From the IMG/VR virus record IMGVR_UViG_3300042691_047309, positions 1 to 64,000 of that record: a stretch of DNA of 64,000 bases. One strand, given 5' to 3'. Made by a program: the position numbers and the translations under genes. This DNA comes from a virus. This document shows positions 56,936-64,000 of this stretch, piece after piece. The notes beneath the pieces were generated by a model. That model was given only the letters and a program-made list of their open reading frames with translations, searched no databases and was not told the DNA's origin. How positions within the stretch are numbered: position 1 is the first letter of the stretch; each line of letters opens with the position of its first letter.

Positions 56936-57702
56936 GATACTTAAAAACATACAAATTATTTGAATCCAACTGGTATGATATGAAAGACCATATCAAAGTC
57001 CTTTCAGATATGTCACTTTCACTATGGGATAGAGATTTTAATGTTCAGGTCGCTGATGAGATTATAAGTAGAGAACACCAATGTGTAGTTGTCAATATAG
57101 TTAAAAAAGGTTCTACTAAATTTACTTTTCCAGTAATTAAAGAAGAGTTATTAGAAATGGTGGATTATATGGATAGTGAAGGTTGGGAAGTTTTAAATAT
57201 TGAATTGAGTGATTTATCTTCTGGTTACTTTTATTGTTATTTAGAAGGAGATAAATTACTTGCTCTTCATACAGATAGAGAAATCACGGAAGAATTTGAC
57301 CAACTCATAGTTAAGTTTGTTGAAAAACGAGAAGTTAAAACAAACGAATCTACTGAAGAAGATGTTCATAGAGAGATGATGATTAAAAAGTATGGTTTAG
57401 AAGAAATAGAGGAGTGTGATGAGGTTATTAGAAATATTAGTGATATGGGTTTAGAAGTCGAAGACTTAGGTATAACTGTATTAGTTGGTTATAGTCCTAT
57501 GACTTATATGTCTGCTGAATCAACTCCTAAAATTTCAGTTAGTGTTATTGCTGATGCAATACTTTTTGCGGGAAATATTGCTGATATAGATATTTTCACA
57601 GATACATTATTGAGTTATGTAAAATCATTAGGTTTTTCAACAGGTAAAAACACTTTTACAACAGACCGAAAAATGACAAGGCAAATTCTAATACAAAAAT
57701 GA
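56932..57702 (+). CDS. N-tagged two-domain family protein
   Basis: MRYLKTYKLFES; internal KTNES; second domain paralogous to 57699. Confidence 0.7.
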   Translation: MRYLKTYKLFESNWYDMKDHIKVLSDMSLSLWDRDFNVQVADEIISREHQCVVVNIVKKGSTKFTFPVIKEELLEMVDYMDSEGWEVLNIELSDLSSGYFYCYLEGDKLLALHTDREITEEFDQLIVKFVEKREVKTNESTEEDVHREMMIKKYGLEEIEECDEVIRNISDMGLEVEDLGITVLVGYSPMTYMSAESTPKISVSVIADAILFAGNIADIDIFTDTLLSYVKSLGFSTGKNTFTTDRKMTRQILIQK

Positions 57703-57781
57703 GAAAGTTAAAAACATATCAAAATTTTAATGAATCTACTGAAGAAGATGTTCATAGAGAAATGATGATTAAAAAGTATGG
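57346..57781 (+). repeat. 50-nt near-identical direct repeat (57346-57395 and 57732-57781)
   Basis: GAATCTACTGAAGAAGATGTTCATAGAGARATGATGATTAAAAAGTATGG, one mismatch. Confidence 0.85.
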
Positions 57782-58124
57782 ATCAGAAGAAATAGAAGAG
57801 TGCGACTCAGTTATAAGTGATGTAAAAGATATGTTATTAGAATTAAATGATTTAGAAATTTTTACAATTATAGATTATACATCAATGACATATATGTGTT
57901 TTGAAAAGACATCACCTAAGTTATTTCTAAATATTAAGTGTGGTAGTAAATTATGGGATTCTAATGAGAGTTTAATTGATGGTGTGATTTCCACAATAAA
58001 AGAATTTGTTAGAAGTTATGGATATAGTATCGGAACCAATGTTAAAAAAGAAGAAAAACGGCAAGTTACTATTCCAATTACTGACATATTTGAGGTTGAA
58101 TATCAAATGTTAATACAAAAATGA
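57699..58124 (+). CDS. N-tagged family protein
   Basis: MRKLKTYQNFNES; KDMLLELND. Confidence 0.7.
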   Translation: MRKLKTYQNFNESTEEDVHREMMIKKYGSEEIEECDSVISDVKDMLLELNDLEIFTIIDYTSMTYMCFEKTSPKLFLNIKCGSKLWDSNESLIDGVISTIKEFVRSYGYSIGTNVKKEEKRQVTIPITDIFEVEYQMLIQK

Positions 58125-59407
58125 AAAAGTTAAAAACATATAAGAGATTTTTAGAATCTAATTCTGAAGACATTAGTGAAGTTATGAGTGTCTTAAATGA
58201 CATGTCATTGGAATTAAGAGACAAAGGCTTTTTTGTTGAACAACAATCTTTATCATATGGAAAAATGGGAGTAATAAAGGGGTTTAGAATTGTCGTTGTA
58301 AAATCAAATGATGGTGGTGGTTTTATGTGGCATAATACAAAAAAATTTTACTTTCAGGACATTAAAGAAAATATATTAGAAATGACAGAATATTTAGAAT
58401 CTGAAGGATTTTCTATAGATACAATTGATTTTATTGATGATTCTGGTGTTGTTGATGGTATTTTAAAAGATGGTAATTTATATAACAATTTTTCAAAAGA
58501 AGAGGTAAATCACCTGACAGATGGCTTTATAATTAGGTTCATTAAATCAGATAAAACTAATGAATCTTCTGACAAACCAAGACAGACGGAATCTGATAAT
58601 CTTAATTTAACGAATAAATTTAATTTTGTTATTGGTAAAGAATATTCATTTGATGAATTACCACAAAATATAAAAGATGATATTTATATACAATTTGACG
58701 AATACTCTGATTTACAACCCGAAGACTATTACTATGTTGCTAAATTATTAAAACCAGAAGAAACAGAAGAATATTTACATAATCAATTTGGTGAATATAA
58801 CATTCAAGACGCACTTGAAGAACCGTATATGAAAAAAATTATTAGAGATATCCAAATAAATGGTTTAGATTATCCAGCTGTTGGAATAGAAGGAAATCAT
58901 AGAGCATTGGCTTTTTTGTATTTGAAAAAAGACTTACCATATTTAGAAATGATTGAGATTGCTAAATTGGATAAAACTAACGAATCATCTTCGGAAAGAT
59001 GGTCAAACACACAACAACAACTTAGAGAAGATAGTAATTTTATTTCTGACACTTGTTTAGAATTAGATGATAAAGGATTTAAAACTTGTGGAGCTCGAAC
59101 TCAAACAAATAAAATTAATGTCGTTCAATTTGGTCAGAGTCCAGTGTTGAAAATTAATGAAACTACACCTTATTTTATTATTGGACATCCTGTAGGTAGA
59201 TACTTCAAATTCTCGGAGATAAAAGATGAGCTTCTACAAATCAAATCTTATTTGGGTGATAGATGGATAAAATGTGGCGTTCTGTATGAGTTTTCACATG
59301 AGAGAATAGAGGTCTTTATAGATGAAAAAGATTATGACCATTTAGATGATTGGTTTCAAACTTCAGCTGCAGGAATTATAAATCTGGTTGTGTTCTTTAA
59401 TATATAG
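58121..59407 (+). CDS. N-tagged three-domain protein (family + ParB/Srx-like + family)
   Basis: MKKLKTYKRFLES; two DKTNESS junctions; middle GLDYPAVGIEGNHRALA. Confidence 0.7.
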   Translation: MKKLKTYKRFLESNSEDISEVMSVLNDMSLELRDKGFFVEQQSLSYGKMGVIKGFRIVVVKSNDGGGFMWHNTKKFYFQDIKENILEMTEYLESEGFSIDTIDFIDDSGVVDGILKDGNLYNNFSKEEVNHLTDGFIIRFIKSDKTNESSDKPRQTESDNLNLTNKFNFVIGKEYSFDELPQNIKDDIYIQFDEYSDLQPEDYYYVAKLLKPEETEEYLHNQFGEYNIQDALEEPYMKKIIRDIQINGLDYPAVGIEGNHRALAFLYLKKDLPYLEMIEIAKLDKTNESSSERWSNTQQQLREDSNFISDTCLELDDKGFKTCGARTQTNKINVVQFGQSPVLKINETTPYFIIGHPVGRYFKFSEIKDELLQIKSYLGDRWIKCGVLYEFSHERIEVFIDEKDYDHLDDWFQTSAAGIINLVVFFNI

Positions 59408-59410
59408 TTT

Positions 59411-59839
59411 ATGAAATTTTTAAAACCATATACTAAGTTCAACGAAGGTTTATCTGATTATCAAATCGAACAACTTGAAGAGGATAAAAATTTCATTTCA
59501 GATACACTTTTAGAATTGAAAGATAAAGAATTCCGTATAAATGTAGAGCATAATGTGAATTCTATAATAGGTAAGGTATTTATTGATTCTTTATCAATAA
59601 CTGAACCTATGCCTATATTAATAATAGGTGCTCCTGAAAATTCTCAATTTCAATTTTCAGATGTAAAAGACGAACTTCTACAAATTAAATCTTATTTGGA
59701 TGATAGATGGTATAAGTGTGGTGTTATGTTTAACTCGGAAATAATTGATGTTTTAATAGATGAAAAAGATTATGACAATCTAGATGATAAAACTTCAGCG
59801 GGTGGAATATTTTATTTGGCTGTATTTTTTAATATATAG
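59411..59839 (+). CDS. N-tagged family protein, paralogue of the last domain of 58121
   Basis: MKFLKPYTKFNEG; KDELLQIKSYL.DRW.KCGV shared. Confidence 0.7.
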   Translation: MKFLKPYTKFNEGLSDYQIEQLEEDKNFISDTLLELKDKEFRINVEHNVNSIIGKVFIDSLSITEPMPILIIGAPENSQFQFSDVKDELLQIKSYLDDRWYKCGVMFNSEIIDVLIDEKDYDNLDDKTSAGGIFYLAVFFNI

Positions 59840-59842
59840 TTA

Positions 59843-60316
59843 ATGAGACATTTAAAATCATACAAATTATTTGAATCAGTATCTGAGCAAACAGTAAGAG
59901 ACATATTATTAGAGATAACTGATGATAGTAATTTCAATGTTGAAATCAAAGAAGTAGATAATCATTTAGAAGTTTATATAACGAGAGGATCTTTTTTAGA
60001 TGGAAGAAAAACGAGAGAAATACCAGGAGCTCCTACTCCTCCAGGTAGTGGATATCCAGCTAATTTATTTTTATGGTTTGAAATAAAAGACACTATTATA
60101 AGATTATGTGAGTATGTTTATTCAGAAACTGATTTAGAACCGATTGAGAATAAACCATTTCAACAATGGTATTTACAACAGGGACATTTTGCAAAATCAC
60201 CATTTAGAATGAAAAATGGTGGAACCGAGTTTGGTATAGGATGGCACAAAGCAGAAGATTTTACTTTAGGTGATTTTATTTCTTTTACTGGTCTAAAATT
60301 AATAATTAAGTTGTGA
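59843..60316 (+). CDS. N-tagged family protein
   Basis: MRHLKSYKLFES; RDILLEITDD. Confidence 0.7.
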   Translation: MRHLKSYKLFESVSEQTVRDILLEITDDSNFNVEIKEVDNHLEVYITRGSFLDGRKTREIPGAPTPPGSGYPANLFLWFEIKDTIIRLCEYVYSETDLEPIENKPFQQWYLQQGHFAKSPFRMKNGGTEFGIGWHKAEDFTLGDFISFTGLKLIIKL

Positions 60317-61179
60317 AATACTTAAGAAGAATAAATGAAAGTTTGAATTCTAAAACTCTAACTAAACAAGAAGTTATTGAGTTATTGGAAAGAAACTGCC
60401 AAAAGTTTTTAAGTTATCCTAATAAAAATCAATCCAATCTCATATTCAGAAAAGATGAGGACCGTGGAGATTTTGCCTTAGTTAATCCTAAGTTATCAAC
60501 TTCTAAAAGAATTGCTCCTTATGCTCCAACAAATGTTCATAATTTACTTATTTCCAATTTAGATTCTTGGAAAGGTTGGCCTCGTAGAAATAAATCTTTG
60601 ATTTTTGCTTCTGATAAAGCGGCACTCTATCATAGCTCTGAGAATGAAGATTTGATTGTTGATTATGTTGTAATTCCATTTGATAGTACAAAAATAGCAA
60701 CCGGAGATAGAAGTGATTTTTGGGATTGTTTTGGAAAAATTCCAAACAGAAAGCAATTTCACAAAGATTTTTCACCAGACAACTATCCGAGACCTAGTAT
60801 TGCTTGGTATATCCGGAATTTAATGTTCGATTTAGAAATTAAAGAAGAATACCCAGAGACTGATTGGCAAAAAATAAAAACATTATTAGAAGAGGCCGAA
60901 CTTGTTGACCAAACACTTATTAAAAAATACTTTGAGATCGAAGGAGAAATTGTTTGGAATCCTAATATGAATCTTTTGGAAAACCTGAATCATATTTTAG
61001 ATCCAATTTATAACGATTTTAAATTAGGTGATGTTACTTCAACTATGGACTTATACTCACAATTAAATCCTAATGATTCTGACTATCTTAAAACTGCTTT
61101 AGAATCTTGGTCTGAAGATGAGGTCATACTTATAAAGTATAATATGTTAAATGAAATTTTAAATGAATTAGAATCATGA
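60313..61179 (+). CDS. N-tagged hypothetical protein, paralogue of 62242
   Basis: MKYLRRINES; KTLT, SNL.SWK..P, IPFD..KIA shared. Confidence 0.7.
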   Translation: MKYLRRINESLNSKTLTKQEVIELLERNCQKFLSYPNKNQSNLIFRKDEDRGDFALVNPKLSTSKRIAPYAPTNVHNLLISNLDSWKGWPRRNKSLIFASDKAALYHSSENEDLIVDYVVIPFDSTKIATGDRSDFWDCFGKIPNRKQFHKDFSPDNYPRPSIAWYIRNLMFDLEIKEEYPETDWQKIKTLLEEAELVDQTLIKKYFEIEGEIVWNPNMNLLENLNHILDPIYNDFKLGDVTSTMDLYSQLNPNDSDYLKTALESWSEDEVILIKYNMLNEILNELES

Positions 61180-61478
61180 AAAGAATAAAGACATATACTC
61201 TATTTGAGAGAGTCTCTAATGAGACTAAATTATTTGAGTCTGCTCAAAACTGGATAGAGATTGATGGAAAACTTTGTAGAGATTTCGAGTTTTCTGACTT
61301 CAATCAGGCTTTACAATTCATAAATAAAATCTCACAAATTTGTGAATCAGAAAATCACCACCCAGAAATAAATTGGGTTTATAATGAGATAACTCTAAAA
61401 TTATCAACTCATGATGCTGGTGATATTATTACTGAGAAAGATATAAAATTAGCTGAATTGATAGATGAAGTGGCTTAA
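61176..61478 (+). CDS. phhB: pterin-4-alpha-carbinolamine dehydratase with N-terminal tag
   Basis: F.DF..A..F, NHHPEI, STHDAG, DIKLA. Confidence 0.85.
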   Translation: MKRIKTYTLFERVSNETKLFESAQNWIEIDGKLCRDFEFSDFNQALQFINKISQICESENHHPEINWVYNEITLKLSTHDAGDIITEKDIKLAELIDEVA

Positions 61479-62238
61479 GACATATGAGACATTTAGACCA
61501 TTAAATTATCCAATTGGTGTTTTTGATTCTGGATATGGAGGACTTACAATACTAAATCGCTTAAAAAATGACTACCCGGATTGGAATATAATTTATTTAG
61601 GAGATAATCTAACTGCACCATATGGAAATATGAGTGATTCAGAGGTTGTTTTAAACACAAAAAAGTGTTTAGATTTTCTTAACAGTAAAGGTTGTAAAAA
61701 AATAATTTTAGCCTGTAACACAGCTTCTTCAAAATCAGAATTAATTAATAATGATACTATAGATATAATTTCACCTACCAAAGAATTTATTAAAAATTCA
61801 TCATCCAATATTGGTTTAGTTGCTACTAAAAGTACTGTTAATTCTGAAGTTTATAATAGTTCTAATGTCACTCAACTTGCTTGTCCTGACTGGGTTAGAA
61901 TAGTTGAAGAAGCAAACTTTTCAAATGAGTCTGTAAATATAATTAAATCTGATTTAGAAAAATTATTTGAATTGAATTCAGAAATTGAAACTATAATTTT
62001 AGCTTGCACTCATTTTAATGTTTTAAAAAATATAATTAATAGAATAATACCAAGTATTGAAATTATTAGCCAAGATTCTCTTCTGAGTAACTATTTAAAA
62101 ACTATAAAGATGAGTCCAAGTTATGGTGGTCAAGTGGAATATTATACAACTGGTGATAGTCATGAATTCTCAACCGAAACTATGAATATATTCGGAGAAT
62201 CAATTTTAGCAAAATCAATTAGTTTAACAAATATATAA
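61465..62238 (+). CDS. murI: glutamate racemase with N-terminal tag
   Basis: GVFDSGYGG, PYG, ACNTAS, ACTHF (both catalytic Cys present). Confidence 0.9.
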   Translation: MKWLKTYETFRPLNYPIGVFDSGYGGLTILNRLKNDYPDWNIIYLGDNLTAPYGNMSDSEVVLNTKKCLDFLNSKGCKKIILACNTASSKSELINNDTIDIISPTKEFIKNSSSNIGLVATKSTVNSEVYNSSNVTQLACPDWVRIVEEANFSNESVNIIKSDLEKLFELNSEIETIILACTHFNVLKNIINRIIPSIEIISQDSLLSNYLKTIKMSPSYGGQVEYYTTGDSHEFSTETMNIFGESILAKSISLTNI

Positions 62239-62241
62239 GTT

Positions 62242-63012
62242 ATGAGATATTTGAAGAAATATAAAGTATTTGAAAATTATAATAAATTTGGAACTAAAAC
62301 TCTAACTGAAGTAGAGTTTGACCAAATCAGAAAAGAAAATTGTAAAAACTGGACTAAAGTTGAAACTGAACTTTATAGAGGTATGCCTGATTTAGGAGAC
62401 TATTTGATTGTGGATCCCCTAAAAGGTGACTTCAGAAGTTCAATTGAAAATACTAACATTCACTTAGACTTACTTTCAAATTTACCAAGTTGGAAAGATT
62501 ATCCTAAATATGAAAGATGTGTAATAGGAGGAACTCGTGGATCAGCGACTGGTACTTATGGAGAAACTGTCTATGAAATGATACCATTTGACGGTGTTAA
62601 AATAGCAGTTTGTCCAGAATCAACCATCTGGGAATCATTCGGGAATGATGATGATGAATTTGGTGGTGATATTAATTTAGTTGATGGATTCTTATATATA
62701 TATCCTATAGTTTCAGCTCCAGGTGAAACACTAGAAGAGAGATTAAAATCTTTAGGAAAAATTGTCGAAATACCTCATATAGATGGATATCCAGGTGTTA
62801 ATGAATTTCTAATGAGACATGCCGAATTTAGTTGGAAAAAACCAAATGAAATTACTGGTGAAGATTGTTTTAATTTTATTAACAACAGTCTTTTTAATCC
62901 AAAAGTTAGAGGTTTTCAATTATTAAACTATGACCAAAATTTCAAAACTCAAACTGGAAAACAAATTTGGACTGAAGGACCAGTTTTACTTATCAAATCA
63001 CATTTAGTTTAG
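62242..63012 (+). CDS. N-tagged hypothetical protein, paralogue of 60313
   Basis: MRYLKKYKVFEN; LYRG. Confidence 0.7.
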   Translation: MRYLKKYKVFENYNKFGTKTLTEVEFDQIRKENCKNWTKVETELYRGMPDLGDYLIVDPLKGDFRSSIENTNIHLDLLSNLPSWKDYPKYERCVIGGTRGSATGTYGETVYEMIPFDGVKIAVCPESTIWESFGNDDDEFGGDINLVDGFLYIYPIVSAPGETLEERLKSLGKIVEIPHIDGYPGVNEFLMRHAEFSWKKPNEITGEDCFNFINNSLFNPKVRGFQLLNYDQNFKTQTGKQIWTEGPVLLIKSHLV

Positions 63013-63293
63013 AAACTTCTAAAGTCTTTTACACCTCCAATATTCATTAACTTAGGTGCCATATTTTTAATTCCAGATTGTGGTGAAATAGAAGTTATAT
63101 TTTTAAAATCAATTTTATCATACATTAAATCAGGATTTTCTGTAAAATAGTTTGTTAAAAAATCCATATTTTCTTCTTCAGATTTATCTTTATCCCATAA
63201 ATGAAGTAATCTAGTTTTATTCTTTTCAATAAAATCTACAACATCTTTATTTAAAATAGGATTCCAATTTTCAAATTTTTTTAAAAATTTCAT
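63009..63293 (-). CDS. N-tagged hypothetical protein
   Basis: MKFLKKFEN; late motif at 63297-63307. Confidence 0.65.
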   Translation of the reverse strand: MKFLKKFENWNPILNKDVVDFIEKNKTRLLHLWDKDKSEEENMDFLTNYFTENPDLMYDKIDFKNITSISPQSGIKNMAPKLMNIGGVKDFRSF

Positions 63294-63340
63294 AATGTAT
63301 ATATAAACTTTTTTGAATAGAATTGTATAAAATAAGTGTT

Positions 63341-63392
63341 TGTCATTAAGACTGTCATTCTGTCAGTAAAAAACTAATGGCACACCATTTGA
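63341..63392 (+). promoter_or_regulatory. sigma54-like -24/-12 element with upstream TGTCA repeats
   Basis: TGGCAC-ACCAT-TTGAC at 63377-63392; TGTCA at 63341, 63353, 63361. Confidence 0.45.
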
Positions 63393-63420
63393 CAAAGTAT
63401 AACTAAAAAATAAATAAAAT

Positions 63421-64000
63421 ATGGCAAAAGATGTAATTATAGGAATTGACTTAGGCACAACTAACTCTTGTGTTGCTGTGGTAGAAGGTGGAGAACCAAT
63501 CGTTATCACAAACGCTGAGGGTAAAAGAACAACACCATCAGTGGTTGGTTTTACCGACAAAGACAGAAAGATTGGTGATCCTGCTAAAAGACAAGCAGTA
63601 ACTAATCCAAACAAAACCGTTTATTCTATCAAAAGATTTATCGGTAAAGATTTTTCAGTTTGTAAGGATGAGGTAACTCGTGTTCCTTATGAAGTTACTA
63701 ACACTGGAACTAATGTTCCTGGTGTGAAAATCGATGATAGAGTTTATACTCCACAAGAAATTTCAGCAATGATCCTTCAGAAGATGAAAAAAACTGCTGA
63801 AGACTATTTAGGTTATGAAGTAAAAAGAGCAGTTATCACTGTCCCGGCTTACTTTGGAGATGCTGAAAGAACCGCTACTATTGAAGCTGGTGAAATCGCT
63901 GGTCTAAAAGTAGAGAGAATTATCAACGAACCAACAGCTGCGGCACTGGCTTATGGTTTAGATAAGAAAAACACAGACTCTAAAATCTTAGTATTTGACT
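63421..64000 (+). CDS. dnaK: chaperone DnaK (5' part, runs off the window)
   Basis: [39 protein letters not shown]. Confidence 0.95.
   Translation, partial: MAKDVIIGIDLGTTNSCVAVVEGGEPIVITNAEGKRTTPSVVGFTDKDRKIGDPAKRQAVTNPNKTVYSIKRFIGKDFSVCKDEVTRVPYEVTNTGTNVPGVKIDDRVYTPQEISAMILQKMKKTAEDYLGYEVKRAVITVPAYFGDAERTATIEAGEIAGLKVERIINEPTAAALAYGLDKKNTDSKILVFD

Noticed and set aside
6512-63614. Short nested or antisense ORFs in the track (e.g. 6512, 8027, 10120, 17779, 29415, 30649, 47528, 51333, 60548, 63363)
   Set aside because: Shadow frames of well-supported genes; 63363-63614 is antisense to dnaK

Overview
AT-rich, gene-dense segment of a T4-like jumbo bacteriophage, most likely infecting Bacteroidota. 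Evidence: a gp32-like SSB, a gp13-like neck protein, a T4 Rnl1-like RNA ligase, nrdB, and repeated TTTG-N19/20-TAnnTTTG host-type promoters. Layout: (i) an RNA cluster at 2.75-4.49 kb with four tRNA genes (three structurally abnormal, two carrying ~30-nt insertions with a shared motif), an ~840-nt GOLLD-like ornate ncRNA behind rRNA-type boxB/boxA elements, and several small structured RNAs; (ii) translation-rescue and chaperone genes (PTH2-like, ArfA-like, N-domain-less ClpC, DnaK/DnaJ/GrpE); (iii) a 16-kb, 21-gene glycan island (gmd, fcl, glf, many glycosyl- and methyltransferases); (iv) two arrays (32-42 kb minus, 54-63 kb plus) of proteins sharing an N-terminal M-K-x-L-K-x-Y/F-x-x-F-(x)-E-S tag that resembles the T4 capsid-targeting sequence, some built as apparent polyproteins with internal KTNES junctions. 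A separate set of 12 unrelated small proteins shares a C-terminal R-[DNE]-x-K-[IL]-x-x-[IL] tag. The best candidates for new biology are this two-tag protein address system and the motif-sharing mini-intron tRNAs together with a separately encoded kinase / 2H phosphoesterase / ligase set. All calls come from motif recognition by eye; no database searches were run.
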